A DNA stretch of 64,000 bases from Actinomycetes bacterium. Lineage in GTDB: Bacteria > Actinomycetota > Coriobacteriia > Coriobacteriales > Eggerthellaceae. The stretch spans positions 8,587 through 72,586 of the forward strand of contig JAEWQO010000096.1 in the NCBI GenBank assembly GCA_023460315.1. The letters run 5' to 3'. The notes beneath the pieces are model-generated. The model made no database searches. It was given only the letters and a program-made list of their open reading frames with translations, and had not been told where the DNA came from. Positions 16,127 through 26,716 of the stretch are shown piece by piece; the first letter of the stretch is position 1, and the number at the start of each line of letters is the position of its first letter. Position numbers and translations under genes: made by a program.

Positions 16127-16969
16127 TCACCTTCCGAATCTGACGGCCAGCGCCCCTTGGCGCCCACACCTGCCGCCCGATGCTCGATAAGAGAAAAAAT
16201 CCTCCGACTCACACGAGGTGCAGACGTTCGCCTCGGCGATGCGCTCACGCCGCAAGCCGGCCTCAACAAGATCATGCTCAACTGCAGCGGCAAGGTCGAC
16301 GTGGCGTCCATCAGGAGCCACGTCGCACCCGAATCGCTCGATGAACCGCGCGCGCACTTCCTCGCCGGTCTCAAAGCATTCCCCGTGAATATGCGGTCCA
16401 AGATAGGCGTTGTACGAGGCGGTCGCCGCCGCCCCCTCGCCGTCAAGCAGCGCCAGGCGGCGTGCAGCCTTGCCGGCAATGCCGCCAACGGCGCCTCGCC
16501 AGCCGGCGTGCGCCACGGCAAACCGTCCCGTCGGAGACACAATGACGACGGGAACGCAGTCGGCGAAGCACAGGAGGGCCGCCACGCGCGAGACCGCGAC
16601 GATCAGCCCGTCGGCCCCCGCCTCAGCTCGCGTGCGAGCCGAGGCGACGGAAGCGGGATCGGCGGCCCCAAGGTCAACGAGTACGTCGCCATGCACCTGG
16701 TTCGGAACGACAAGCGGCACATCCGCCGCGTCGATGGAATTGAGCAGTATCTGCCGGTTTTCTCGAACCTTGGCAAGATCGTCGCCAACATGGCTGCCGA
16801 GGTTGAGCGAATCGTAGGGAGGATCGCTCACTCCCCCCTCACGCCCCGAAAACACGATGCGCACCCCCACCGCCTCAAAGAGCGCCTCATCGGTGAATGC
16901 GGGAATGCGACGCGCGCCAAGAAGGCGCGCGTTCACGTCAGGTTCCGGCAATCCCTCGGTCGCAGCCAT
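16127..16969 (-). CDS. pgeF: Peptidoglycan editing factor PgeF / YfiH (DUF152, laccase-domain) family
   Basis: ORF 16127..16969(-), 280 aa. Family motifs NQVHGDV, ADGLIV, FADCVPV, AHAGWRG and ECFE. Confidence 0.85.
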   Translation of the reverse strand: MAATEGLPEPDVNARLLGARRIPAFTDEALFEAVGVRIVFSGREGGVSDPPYDSLNLGSHVGDDLAKVRENRQILLNSIDAADVPLVVPNQVHGDVLVDLGAADPASVASARTRAEAGADGLIVAVSRVAALLCFADCVPVVIVSPTGRFAVAHAGWRGAVGGIAGKAARRLALLDGEGAAATASYNAYLGPHIHGECFETGEEVRARFIERFGCDVAPDGRHVDLAAAVEHDLVEAGLRRERIAEANVCTSCESEDFFSYRASGGRCGRQGALAVRFGR

Positions 16970-16983
16970 GGGTGCGACTGCTC

Positions 16984-18111
16984 TCAGCGCTGGCGCTTCA
17001 GGAAATCCGGAATGTAGTCCTCATCCGCGAAGCGTCCAGAATTCGGCGTCGTGGAAAACGACACCGAGGGGCTGGGCTGCACATTCGATGCCGGTGACTC
17101 TGTCGAGGCAAACAGGTCCTTGCGGGCAGAGAAGTCCATGGAGGACTGCTGCGGTGCAGACACCTTGAAGCCGGTCGCGATGACCGTGATGCGAACCTGA
17201 TCGCCCATGCCGTCATCGACGATCTGTCCGTAGATGATGTTGGCGTTCTCGTCGGCGCATGCCTCGACCGTGCGGGCTGCCGCATCCACCTCGGTAAGCG
17301 TGAGATCGGGACCGCCGGCAATGGAGAACAGCACGCGCGAGGCGCCCGCAATGGAAGTCTCGAGCAAATTCGAGTTCGTCGCCTGCTGGGCCGCATCGAG
17401 AGCACGGTTCTCGCCCGAGGCGATGCCGATGCCCATCATGGCCGTGCCGGCGTCTTTCATGACCGTGCGGATGTCGGCAAAGTCCAGGTTGATGAGACCT
17501 GGAATGGTGATGAGATCCGTGACGCCCTGAATGCCCTGGCGCAGCGTGTCATCGGCTATGCGGAAGGCATCAAGCATGCTGGTCTTCTTGTCGACGATCT
17601 CCAACAGGCGGTCGTTCGGAATGACAATGAGGGTGTCAACCTTCTGCGAGAGCAAGTCAACGCCCTGCTCGGCTTGGTTGCGACGGGTACGCCCCTCGAA
17701 TGAGAACGGTTTGGTCACCACGCCGACCGTCAAAGCTCCGATCTCCTCGCGCGCGATCTCTGCGATGATCGGGGCCGCCCCCGTTCCGGTTCCGCCGCCT
17801 TCGCCCGCCGTGACGAACACCATGTCGGCCTCGGCGAGAGCCTCGCGGATCTCTGCACGGCTCTCTTCGGCCGCTTGGCATCCCACCTCGGGATTCGCCC
17901 CCGCACCCAGGCCACGCGTCAACTCTTCGCCAATGTGGATCGTCTTGTCGGCATCCGACATGAGCAAAGCCTGGCGATCGGTGTTGACGGCGATGAATTC
18001 GACGCCTTGCACACCCGCTTCGACCATGCGATTGACGGCGTTCGTGCCGCCACCTCCGACGCCGACGACCTTAATGACCGCCAGATGATCGGAACCTATG
18101 TTGTTTGGCAT
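16984..18111 (-). CDS. ftsZ: Cell division GTPase FtsZ
   Basis: ORF 16984..18111(-), 375 aa. [17 protein letters not shown], tubulin signature [21 protein letters not shown], and the C-terminal conserved peptide [11 protein letters not shown]. Confidence 0.98.
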   Translation of the reverse strand: MPNNIGSDHLAVIKVVGVGGGGTNAVNRMVEAGVQGVEFIAVNTDRQALLMSDADKTIHIGEELTRGLGAGANPEVGCQAAEESRAEIREALAEADMVFVTAGEGGGTGTGAAPIIAEIAREEIGALTVGVVTKPFSFEGRTRRNQAEQGVDLLSQKVDTLIVIPNDRLLEIVDKKTSMLDAFRIADDTLRQGIQGVTDLITIPGLINLDFADIRTVMKDAGTAMMGIGIASGENRALDAAQQATNSNLLETSIAGASRVLFSIAGGPDLTLTEVDAAARTVEACADENANIIYGQIVDDGMGDQVRITVIATGFKVSAPQQSSMDFSARKDLFASTESPASNVQPSPSVSFSTTPNSGRFADEDYIPDFLKRQR

Positions 18112-18182
18112 TGTATCCTCCGCACCTGCTGCGTTTCAGCATGCTGCATTTCCCGTATCGTGGGTACAGTTCACGTGGGGTT

Positions 18183-18210
18183 ATTGTACACGAAGCTTAT
18201 CCATTTGCAA
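18183..18210 (-). promoter_or_regulatory. Candidate ftsZ-proximal sigma-70-type promoter (TTGCAA-16 nt-TACAAT)
   Basis: Minus strand: TTGCAA ATGGATAAGCTTCGTG TACAAT. The -35 is at 18205-18210 and the -10 at 18183-18188. It lies in the 137-bp ftsQ-ftsZ gap, about 70 nt upstream of the ftsZ ATG. Confidence 0.45.
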
Positions 18211-18248
18211 ATTACGCTGCGGTAATGAAACTCATGTCCACAGATATC

Positions 18249-19313
18249 TTACAGCGACCTCCAAGTCGGACGGTCGACCGTTCTGACGTTGATGTAGTAG
18301 ACACTGGGATGCTGTTCCATGATCTCGTTGCAGACTCGTTCCTTGTCACGGATGTCGCTGGCCGTGCCGAATACAATCTCAATGCCGTTCTGCAGCGTGA
18401 GCGTGGTCGACTCGGAGTCGGTGGCGGCAACCGTCTTGACTTGACCTGCCAGATCTGTGGTCAGGCCCGATACGATGGAAAGCGCGTTGTTGACGTTCGA
18501 ATCGGCACAGTAGGTGCCGATCTCGGGCTCCGTGTCATAGGGGACATCGGTGATGTGCAGCGCGTTCTGGGCATCCTCATAAATCTGCTGACTCGTTCGT
18601 TTTCCCTGATCGGAATTCTGATCAGGGATAGGCATAAGCCACATGCCGTCAGATGCGATGGCCCAATCCTGCGACGTCTGATCGGTTGAGGAAGAGATGG
18701 ACACGACGGCTTCGATGGACCGTTCCGTCACCGCCAGCTCCAACGTGTTGGGAAACACGCGATTCACCGACACGTCGGCGACCCAGGCATTCTTGAGCAG
18801 ACGGTTCCTGATGCCCGACGCGTCCACGCGCAGAAGCGTCGTGCCGGCAGGCACCTCGGCCAAGGACGACATCTCTGCCGTCGTCAGATGCTCAACCCCC
18901 GTGACCGACACGCTCTCGATGGTGAACAGGCTGGAGTTATAGACGATGACGGCAGCTATCGCCAAAGCGCCGACCAACGAAAAAGCCACGACGACGCGAG
19001 CCACATGGCCCCGATACGCCTTCTGTGCCCGGGCACGGCGCTCCGCACGGTCGAGATCCCCCACGCGCACGGACGTGAGACGAGGGGCAGGTTGAGAAGA
19101 ACGAACGTCCCTGCCGCCCGAAAGGCGACCGCCCGGTATGGCACGATAGGAGCTCGAAGGCCGAGCGGTGCCCCGGCGTTGTGGTGAAGGCGCGCGCGCC
19201 GCTCTGGTTTGCTGACGCGGCATGCCGGAACCAGAGCCGACGTTTCCGCGCGTGCGTCCCGAGGGCTTACGCGAACCCGAGGAAGCGGACTTCCGGTTGT
19301 AATTCGATGCCAT
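18249..19313 (-). CDS. ftsQ: Cell division protein FtsQ/DivIB (POTRA domain)
   Basis: ORF 18249..19313(-), 354 aa. It has a basic disordered N-terminus, one TM helix (VVVAFSLVGALAIAAVIVY), then POTRA (FTIESVSVTGVEHLTTAEMSSLAEVPAGTTLLRVD). ATG 19313 overlaps the murB end by 47 nt; ATG 19223 is an alternative start. Confidence 0.8.
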   Translation of the reverse strand: MASNYNRKSASSGSRKPSGRTRGNVGSGSGMPRQQTRAARAPSPQRRGTARPSSSYRAIPGGRLSGGRDVRSSQPAPRLTSVRVGDLDRAERRARAQKAYRGHVARVVVAFSLVGALAIAAVIVYNSSLFTIESVSVTGVEHLTTAEMSSLAEVPAGTTLLRVDASGIRNRLLKNAWVADVSVNRVFPNTLELAVTERSIEAVVSISSSTDQTSQDWAIASDGMWLMPIPDQNSDQGKRTSQQIYEDAQNALHITDVPYDTEPEIGTYCADSNVNNALSIVSGLTTDLAGQVKTVAATDSESTTLTLQNGIEIVFGTASDIRDKERVCNEIMEQHPSVYYINVRTVDRPTWRSL

Positions 19314-20193
19314 ACGTCTCGTACACCTTTGTCTTGATGAGGTCGATCAGGTCCATCACGTCACGCGCCTTCGCATCGCCCGTGTTCACAATGAAGTTCG
19401 CATGCACATCCGACACCTGCGCACCGCCGATCGCATGCCCCTTCAGGCCGACGGCCTCGATCAGCGCTCCAGCCGACGCCCCCTCAGGATTTTTAAACAC
19501 GCTTCCGCACGAGGGACAGGTGAGGGGCTGCGACTTCTTGCGCCGCGTGTGGGATGCCTCCATCTTACCGCGAATGAAGAACGGGTCGGCCGGCTCTACC
19601 GAAAGCTCGCATTCGAGCAGCACCTCGTCCGAAGCGAACGAGGAGGAGCGATAGCCCCATTCGACCTCGTCGCCCGTGCGGCGGACGAGGCCCTTGCCCA
19701 GCACCAGCGATGTCACCGAAGCGACGCGGGACCCGATCCACTCATCCCGCGATCCCGCGTTCATGCACAGCGCGCCGCCGATGGTGCCAGGAGTCCCGAC
19801 GGCAAACTCAAGCCCCGCGAGCGATCGGCGAAACGCCTCCTGCACCACGGAGGACAGGGGAACGCCGGCCCCCACGCAGAAGCGGCTGGTGGCCTCATCG
19901 AAACGACACGAGCGAAAGTCGCGGCCGAGCGTGATGGCCACGCCGGGGAACCCCTCGTCGGCCACGAGCAGGTTGCTGCCACGGCCGATGACGACCCAGG
20001 GGACATCCGTCTCTTCGCAGACATCGACGAGCCTTCCGAGCGCACCGATGGACGCGACCTGCACGAAGAAGCGCGCCGGACCTCCTATGCGGTACATGGT
20101 GTGCCGCGACAGGGGCTCTGCCGGATAGACATCACCGTCAAAGCGGTCATCGACAAGCAGCGCCTCCAGTGCCGATGTGTGGCGTGCCGTCAT
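19267..20193 (-). CDS. murB: UDP-N-acetylenolpyruvoylglucosamine reductase MurB
   Basis: ORF 19267..20193(-), 308 aa. FAD-binding GGPARFF...IGRGSNLLV, and the C-terminal SCGSVFKNP motif. ATGA overlap with the murC stop. Confidence 0.92.
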   Translation of the reverse strand: MTARHTSALEALLVDDRFDGDVYPAEPLSRHTMYRIGGPARFFVQVASIGALGRLVDVCEETDVPWVVIGRGSNLLVADEGFPGVAITLGRDFRSCRFDEATSRFCVGAGVPLSSVVQEAFRRSLAGLEFAVGTPGTIGGALCMNAGSRDEWIGSRVASVTSLVLGKGLVRRTGDEVEWGYRSSSFASDEVLLECELSVEPADPFFIRGKMEASHTRRKKSQPLTCPSCGSVFKNPEGASAGALIEAVGLKGHAIGGAQVSDVHANFIVNTGDAKARDVMDLIDLIKTKVYETYGIELQPEVRFLGFA

Positions 20194-21611
20194 GGACGCA
20201 CCGGCCGCGCATCGCCAGCTGACAGCGCGTCGACCAGCTGAGGCCCGATGGCCGTCACGTCACCGGCGCCCATGGTGAGGACCAGATCGCCCGCCGCAAC
20301 CTTCGACACCAGGTAAGGAACGACCTCGGTGCGGCGAGGAACATAGGCCGCCTGCGGATGCCCGGCATGATCCAACACCACATTCAGGAACGTCTTCCCG
20401 CTCACGCCGGGCACGGGAGCCTCGCCCGCCGGATACACGTCCATGAACGTGACGGTGTCGGCGCCGTCGAACGCGCGGCCGAATTCATCGTGGAGCACGT
20501 CGGTGAAGAGCGGCGCACGGGAATAGCGATGTGGCTGGAACAGCACATGCACATGACGATATCCCAGTTTCGACGCCGCCTCGATGGTGGCCGCTATCTC
20601 CGTGGGATGGTGCGCATAGTCGTCGACAACCGTCACGCCAGACACCTCTCCCACAAGGTCAAACCTTCGGCGCACGCCCGCAAACGACGACAGCGCGTCA
20701 GAAGCGGCCTGCGCGTCATAGCCCAACGCGTCAACAAGGCCGATGACGCCCGCCGCGTTCAGCACGTTGTGGCGGCCGGGACTCTGTCGAACATGGCCGA
20801 CCACCGAGCGGCCCCCGGGAAGGCTCAAGGTGAAATCGCTGCCGATGCCGCGCGGCTCATAGTCTTCCACACCGATGTCGAACCCAGCTCCGAACCCATA
20901 GGTAAGCACGCGGCGGCCGGTCGCGCGGGCGATGGTGACCAGCATGTCGTCCTCGCCACAGACAACGGCCAAGCCATGCCCCTCAGGCACCGACCCGATG
21001 AATGCACCAAACTTCTCGTATATTTCGTCGAGGTCGCGATAATGGTCCAAATGGTCCGCTTCGATATTGGTGATCAACACGGCCTGGGGAGAAAGGCATA
21101 TGAACGACTTGTCGCTCTCGTCCGCCTCCACCACATAGTGTCGGCCATGCCCCGAATGCGCGTTGGTGCCATAGGCGCGGACGATGCCGCCGATGAGAAA
21201 CGTCGGGTCGTCGCCGAGCGCGTCAAGGACGCTGGCGAGCATGGACGAGGTCGTGGTCTTGCCATGGGTCCCCGCGACGGCCAGCGTTTCCAGACCCTCC
21301 CCCAGCGCCGCCAGCATCTTCGCCCGATGCCAGATGGCAAGTCCGCGCGTCCGGGCAGCCATGAGCTCGGGATTGTTTTCCAGGATGGCCGTGGACACCA
21401 CGACGGTCGGGTTCCCCGCGGGAATGTTGGCGGGATCGTGACCGATGTGCACCTCGATGCCAGCCGCCTTGAGCTGCTTGGTGTAGCGGCTCTCCTTCAA
21501 ATCGGAACCTGTCACTTGCATCCCCTGGTCAAACGCCACGCGGGCAATGCCGCTCATGCCGACGCCGCCAATGCCGATGAAGTGAATCGCCTGTATGTTC
21601 GTATTGTCCAT
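20190..21611 (-). CDS. murC: UDP-N-acetylmuramate--L-alanine ligase MurC
   Basis: ORF 20190..21701(-), with the start at ATG 21611 (MDNTNIQAIHFIGIGGVGMSGIA). Mur ligase P-loop AVAGTHGKTTTSSM. Confidence 0.92.
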   Translation of the reverse strand: MDNTNIQAIHFIGIGGVGMSGIARVAFDQGMQVTGSDLKESRYTKQLKAAGIEVHIGHDPANIPAGNPTVVVSTAILENNPELMAARTRGLAIWHRAKMLAALGEGLETLAVAGTHGKTTTSSMLASVLDALGDDPTFLIGGIVRAYGTNAHSGHGRHYVVEADESDKSFICLSPQAVLITNIEADHLDHYRDLDEIYEKFGAFIGSVPEGHGLAVVCGEDDMLVTIARATGRRVLTYGFGAGFDIGVEDYEPRGIGSDFTLSLPGGRSVVGHVRQSPGRHNVLNAAGVIGLVDALGYDAQAASDALSSFAGVRRRFDLVGEVSGVTVVDDYAHHPTEIAATIEAASKLGYRHVHVLFQPHRYSRAPLFTDVLHDEFGRAFDGADTVTFMDVYPAGEAPVPGVSGKTFLNVVLDHAGHPQAAYVPRRTEVVPYLVSKVAAGDLVLTMGAGDVTAIGPQLVDALSAGDARPVRP

Positions 21612-21717
21612 GTTCTTCCCTGTACCAACGTCTGTGCGACCTGTGGCGCGTGCCGCCGTTGCCCGGCGCACGACACCGTCTCGAAACCCTTTGTCTACCA
21701 TGGTAGCCTGTCAGCCG

Positions 21718-22812
21718 CTACCGAGCCGCCGCCATCACAACATCTGCCAATTTGGCCGCCGCGTCGCCGGTGGCCTGAAGGAGCGCCGCCTCATGCATGC
21801 GCTCTCGCATTCCGGCATCCTCCACCAGAGAGACGACGAGACGGGAAAACTCTGGGGAGTCGAGCGCGGCGTCCGCAATCATGGAAGCCGCACCCGCCTC
21901 GACGCAGGCACGGGCATTCGTCGTCTGGTGGTCCGCCGTGGCGTAGGGGAACGGCACGAGCAGAGCAGGCACGGCCAACGCCGATATCTCGGCGAGCGAA
22001 GTGGCGCCCGCACGTGAGATGACCACGTCAGCGGCGGCCATCGCCTCGCCCATGTGGTTGGTGTAACCGAGGAGCTTCCACCGTCTCTCCTCTTCGGGCG
22101 AAAGGGAGAGGAGGTCTGCCGTGGCATCAAGCTCCTTGGGGCCCGCCACGTGCAGGATGTGAAGATCGTCATGCGCCAGCAAGACGTCCTTGAGTCCGGC
22201 GATAGCCTCATTGAGATGCCGGGCGCCCAAACTTCCTCCCGTCACCAACAGCATGAGCGCGTCCTCGGGAACGCCGAAACGGGCACGGCCGCCGGCTCTT
22301 GTCGCCGAAAAGATCGATGCCCTGACAGGGTTTCCCGTGACGGTCACCCGGCTCTTGTCGGCAAGCTGCTCCGCGGCTTGCCGGTAGGTCAGGCACACGG
22401 CGGCAGCTTTCTTTGCCAGCTGCCGGTTCGCCAAACCCATGACCGAGTTCTGCTCGTGGACGACCAAGGGTATCCCCTTGCTCTCGGCTGCGCGTCCCAC
22501 CGGAACGGACACATATCCCCCGAAGCCGACCACCACGTCCGGCTTGATATCGTCGAACCACTTCTTTGCCTTGCCCGTGCTTGCACCCATGAGACGCAGC
22601 GCTCTCACGATCGATGCCGGATGGTTGCGGTTGAACCCGGCCGCTTCGAATGGCATGAAGGGGATGTCCGCCTCTTTCACCAGCCGCGCCTCGACGCCGG
22701 TCGGCGTGCCGGCAAAGCGGACCTCGCAACCGCGGTCCTGCAGTACTTCCGCAAGGGCGAGGGCTGGATTGATGTGTCCGGCAGTCCCTCCACCGGAAAG
22801 GACGACAAGCAT
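21718..22812 (-). CDS. murG: Lipid II synthase MurG (UDP-GlcNAc transferase)
   Basis: ORF 21718..23031(-), with the start at ATG 22812 (MLVVLSGGGTAGHINPALALAEVL), 4 nt after the ftsW stop. C-terminal G-loop VISRAGATSLAEI. Confidence 0.92.
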   Translation of the reverse strand: MLVVLSGGGTAGHINPALALAEVLQDRGCEVRFAGTPTGVEARLVKEADIPFMPFEAAGFNRNHPASIVRALRLMGASTGKAKKWFDDIKPDVVVGFGGYVSVPVGRAAESKGIPLVVHEQNSVMGLANRQLAKKAAAVCLTYRQAAEQLADKSRVTVTGNPVRASIFSATRAGGRARFGVPEDALMLLVTGGSLGARHLNEAIAGLKDVLLAHDDLHILHVAGPKELDATADLLSLSPEEERRWKLLGYTNHMGEAMAAADVVISRAGATSLAEISALAVPALLVPFPYATADHQTTNARACVEAGAASMIADAALDSPEFSRLVVSLVEDAGMRERMHEAALLQATGDAAAKLADVVMAAAR

Positions 22813-22816
22813 GACG

Positions 22817-24157
22817 CTACCTCCTGCCTTGGCGTGACGAATCGCGCGGGGCGCCCCGGCGTGCGGGACGCGGGCCTTCCGCAGCCGGCCGAGACGAGCT
22901 GATGCGAGAACGCCCCGTTCGCGACGATGCCCGCCGATCCTCCGAACGGTCGTTCTGAGAACGCGGGGCTTCGGCGCGCACGACGCGGAGATCGGCCCGG
23001 CGACGGTCGTAAATGGTCGGCGACCCGGCACCGTTCGAAACCGACAGCACCAAGCCCACCATGATGAAGGTGGCTATGAGCGACGATCCGCCCGACGAGA
23101 CGAACGGAAGGGGCTTTCCCGTTGTCGGCAGCACGCCGATGACGCAGCCGATGTTGAGAAAGGCCTGAAACACGATCATGATGGTGCATCCCCCGGCCAT
23201 CATGGCGCCAAAGCCGTCAGGGGCCGAGCGCGCGATGCGCATGCCTGCGTACAGGATGAGCATGAACAGGGCGACGATGAACAGCGCCCCTACCAGCCCC
23301 AGCTCCTCACCGATGATGGCGAAGATGAAGTCCGTCTCAGCCTCGGGAAGATAGAGGAACTTTTCGCGAGAGTTCCCCAGGCCAACGCCAAACAGACCTC
23401 CTTCAGAGAAGGCGTAATAGGAGTGGATGATCTGATAGCCCTTGCCATAGCCGTTCTCCCCATCGTTCCAGGGGTCGAGATACACGAAACGGTCCGATCG
23501 ATAGCCGGTGAGCACCGTCGCCAGCACTGCGAACACGGCGCCGACGGCCAGCGTGATCAAAATGACGCGCATCGGCACCTCGCCCAGCCACATGACAGCC
23601 AGTATGCCGACGAAGCAGATAAGGGTGGTGCCCAGGTCGGACTGCGTCTTGTACAGGAAGAGAATCGGAACCAGAATAAGAAGTCCCACCTGCACAAACA
23701 GGTCACGGACCGAAAGCGATCCAGAACGGAAATTATTCAGGATGCGCGCAGCCATGAGGACGAACGCGATCTTGGCGAACTCGGAGGGTTGCAAGCCGAT
23801 CGGACCGAGCTGCAGCCAGCGCTGAGCTCCGAGGGCAGCGGTTCCGACAGCGGCAGTGAGGGCAAGCAGCACGATGGCCAGACCCCAAATGATCCAGATG
23901 GCCGGCCCCTCCCAAAAGGAATAGGGCAGCACCTTCCACAGGACGAGAGCGCACACGACGCCGATGGCGGCAAACTTGACCTGGTCTGTCAGATAGCTGA
24001 GAGGATTCTCCCCTTCGGACAGAGCCGAAACCGACGAGGCGGAATAGATCATCACGAACCCGATGAGCGTCAGCGTGAGCACGCACAAGAGCAGGATGAG
24101 CCGGGGGCCCATGATGGCAGCGGGCACGTCCCGCTTGTCTCGTTTCAGCCGTGTCAT
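22817..24157 (-). CDS. ftsW: SEDS-family peptidoglycan polymerase FtsW
   Basis: ORF 22817..24157(-), 446 aa, about 10 TM. FtsW/RodA pattern (QPSEFAKIAFVL, ETDFIFAIIGEELGL, LPTTGKPLPFVSSGGSS). It has an Arg/Ser-rich tail of about 70 aa. The dcw position argues for FtsW. Confidence 0.9.
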   Translation of the reverse strand: MTRLKRDKRDVPAAIMGPRLILLLCVLTLTLIGFVMIYSASSVSALSEGENPLSYLTDQVKFAAIGVVCALVLWKVLPYSFWEGPAIWIIWGLAIVLLALTAAVGTAALGAQRWLQLGPIGLQPSEFAKIAFVLMAARILNNFRSGSLSVRDLFVQVGLLILVPILFLYKTQSDLGTTLICFVGILAVMWLGEVPMRVILITLAVGAVFAVLATVLTGYRSDRFVYLDPWNDGENGYGKGYQIIHSYYAFSEGGLFGVGLGNSREKFLYLPEAETDFIFAIIGEELGLVGALFIVALFMLILYAGMRIARSAPDGFGAMMAGGCTIMIVFQAFLNIGCVIGVLPTTGKPLPFVSSGGSSLIATFIMVGLVLSVSNGAGSPTIYDRRRADLRVVRAEAPRSQNDRSEDRRASSRTGRSRISSSRPAAEGPRPARRGAPRDSSRQGRR

Positions 24158-24166
24158 GATGGCCTT

Positions 24167-25666
24167 TTATGCGCCCAGCGTTGCGGCGCGATCCGCAACG
24201 AGAGCCTTGAACGCGCTGCCCCGCTCTTCGAACGAGCCGAACTCGTCAAACGAAGCGCACGCGGGCGACAGCAACAGCACCTCTCCCGGACGAGCGAGCG
24301 ACAGCGCCTCGTCAAGCGCATCCTCGAGGTGGGCAGCACGACCCAGGAGAAATCCGTCGGGAGCGTCGGACGAAGCGGCCTCGAAGGCGGCGTGGAAACG
24401 GGATGCCGCCGCGCCGAAACAGATGCAGGCGCGCGTGTGACGGTGAACAGCCTCCACGAGCGGTGCAAGGTCGGTCCCCTTGTCGTCGCCGCCGAGCAGC
24501 ACGAGGGGTCTCGTTTCGGGAAACGCAGCAAGCGCCTTCAGCGTGGCATCGACGTTGGTGGCCTTCGAGTCATTGTAACAGGCAACGCCCCGCACGCTCC
24601 CACAGGGCTCGATGCGGTGTTCAAGCGGCGCGAAGGTGCGCAAGCCCCGCGCGACGGCCTCATCCTCGACTCCCAACGAAAGCGCGGCAGCGGCAGCCGC
24701 GAGCGCGTTTGCCCTGTTGTGAGCCCCCTTGATAAGCAGATCGCCCGATGAGGCCAACCGGTGCTCAACCCCGCGTAACGCAACCTGCAGCACGCCGGCG
24801 GCATCCTCGAACGCCGCGTTCTCGCTGCCGCACGCATCACGCATGTCGCCCGAAAGCCCTGCCTTCGTGCCCACGGGCACGTACGAGAAACCGCGTTCGG
24901 CATCGCTCTGGCTGCGCAGACGGCGAATCTCGGCACGCACCTCGTCATCCGTGGCATCCAAGACAGCAACGGCGCCTGGCGCGTCGGCCAGGTTTGCCAA
25001 CACGCGGAGCTTGGCTGCCCGATACGCCTCGAATGTCTGGTGCCAGTGCAGGTGGTCGGGCGTGATGTTCAGGAGAACGGCGACATCCGGCGCGAAACGG
25101 ACCGTCGAAGCCAACTGATACGATGACGCTTCCGCGACATAGACGTCCGGAGCGTCCCCAGAGACCGCCTGGATGCAGGTGTCACCGATGTTACCGACCG
25201 CCTTCGCGTCCACCCCGCCGCATGCCAGCAGATGGGCAACAAGGGAGGTGACGGTGGTCTTGCCGTTTGTGCCGGTGACGGCCACCCATCTCGACAAGCT
25301 CGCGCTTTCTCGCCAAGCAAACTCCACCTCGCCGATCATCTCGGCGCTTGCCGCGGCGGCGCTTCGATACAATGGCGCAACCGGAGGGATGCCGGGGCTG
25401 GTGATGCAGAGGTCAAACGAACCCTCAACCTGTTCGCAATCGAACACCGCCTGGACGGGGACCTGGGACTCGAGATCCCGGACGAAAGACAGGGCTTCGG
25501 GCGTGGGGACGCCTGCCGCCACCGTGAGGGAATCCACGCGGCTGCCCACAAGTGTGCCCACATACGCCGCCGTTGCACGACCGCTTTTCCCCAGCCCCAA
25601 GACGAGCACCCGCCCCATATGGGCCGGCGCATGCTTCTTGCCCGGTATCAGACCAGCCTCGCCCAT
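24167..25666 (-). CDS. murD: UDP-N-acetylmuramoylalanine--D-glutamate ligase MurD
   Basis: ORF 24167..25936(-), with the start at ATG 25666, 2 nt after the mraY stop (MGEAGLIPGKKHAPAHMGRVLVLGLGKSGRA). P-loop VTGTNGKTTVTS. Confidence 0.9.
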   Translation of the reverse strand: MGEAGLIPGKKHAPAHMGRVLVLGLGKSGRATAAYVGTLVGSRVDSLTVAAGVPTPEALSFVRDLESQVPVQAVFDCEQVEGSFDLCITSPGIPPVAPLYRSAAAASAEMIGEVEFAWRESASLSRWVAVTGTNGKTTVTSLVAHLLACGGVDAKAVGNIGDTCIQAVSGDAPDVYVAEASSYQLASTVRFAPDVAVLLNITPDHLHWHQTFEAYRAAKLRVLANLADAPGAVAVLDATDDEVRAEIRRLRSQSDAERGFSYVPVGTKAGLSGDMRDACGSENAAFEDAAGVLQVALRGVEHRLASSGDLLIKGAHNRANALAAAAAALSLGVEDEAVARGLRTFAPLEHRIEPCGSVRGVACYNDSKATNVDATLKALAAFPETRPLVLLGGDDKGTDLAPLVEAVHRHTRACICFGAAASRFHAAFEAASSDAPDGFLLGRAAHLEDALDEALSLARPGEVLLLSPACASFDEFGSFEERGSAFKALVADRAATLGA

Positions 25667-25668
25667 GA

Positions 25669-26715
25669 CTATGCCACCGCCATAAGCGTTTCGGCAAAAT
25701 AGATCGAGAAGCCCGTGGCGGCCAACACGCCCGAAACGATCCAGAACCGCACGACCACCTTCGTCTCGCTCCATCCCTTCTTCTCGAAGTGATGGTGCAA
25801 GGGAGCCATGAGGAAGATGCGCTTTTTTGTCTTCTTGTAATAGAGGACCTGGATCATGACAGACAGCGCTTCCGCCACGAACAGACCGCCAATGATGAGC
25901 GAGACGAACTCGGCCTTGGTGAGAATGGCCAGGCATCCCAACGCCATGCCAAGCGCAAGCGATCCCGTGTCGCCCATGAAAATGTCAGCGGGAAACGAGT
26001 TGAACCAGAGAAACCCGATGCAGGCCCCCGCGAGCGCGGCGGCAAAGATGGCTGGCTCCAGCAGGTCGGAACGATAGGCGATGGCAGCCATGACGATCAT
26101 GACGATCATGACGGTGCCTGCAGCCAAGCCGTCCAGGCCGTCGGTGAGATTGACGGCGTTGCACATGCCCACCAGGAGAATATTCATGAGGATGAGATAC
26201 AGCCACGGCACCTCGATGCCGTCGCCAAGGGGAATGACCGTGGTCAGGATGCCGAGATCGAACGTGTACACGAAGGGGATCTCCACCGTGGGCGCAATGC
26301 CAATCCAGTTCACGGCCACCAGGATGAACGCCGTGGCAATGGCAAACTGTCCGATGAGCTTCATCTTCGGAGTCAAACCGAGGGAACGCTCCTTGACCAC
26401 CTTTGATCCATCGTCCACAAGGCCAAGGAGTCCCGTCAACAGGGTCGCTCCCAGCAGAAGAAACGTCTCGGGAGTCGGCATGGCAACCAGCAGAGCCGTG
26501 GCGACGACCGCGGCGAGCATGACGACGCCGCCCATGGTGGGCGTGCCCTGCTTGACCAGATGGCTCTGCGGCCCATCGGCACGAACCTGCTGCCCGATGT
26601 GGCTCGACTTGAGAAACTTGATCCAAAGCGGAGTCAGAACCATCGTGATCACGATGGCAAGCACGATGGCGAGAAACACCAAAAACGTCGGATAGTGTGA
26701 GAAAAGTGCAAACAT
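25669..26715 (-). CDS. mraY: Phospho-N-acetylmuramoyl-pentapeptide transferase MraY
   Basis: ORF 25669..26715(-), 348 aa. Motifs PTMGG, NAVNLTDGLDGLA, FMGDTGSLALG, APLHHHFE. Confidence 0.96.
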   Translation of the reverse strand: MFALFSHYPTFLVFLAIVLAIVITMVLTPLWIKFLKSSHIGQQVRADGPQSHLVKQGTPTMGGVVMLAAVVATALLVAMPTPETFLLLGATLLTGLLGLVDDGSKVVKERSLGLTPKMKLIGQFAIATAFILVAVNWIGIAPTVEIPFVYTFDLGILTTVIPLGDGIEVPWLYLILMNILLVGMCNAVNLTDGLDGLAAGTVMIVMIVMAAIAYRSDLLEPAIFAAALAGACIGFLWFNSFPADIFMGDTGSLALGMALGCLAILTKAEFVSLIIGGLFVAEALSVMIQVLYYKKTKKRIFLMAPLHHHFEKKGWSETKVVVRFWIVSGVLAATGFSIYFAETLMAVA

Positions 26716-26716
26716 G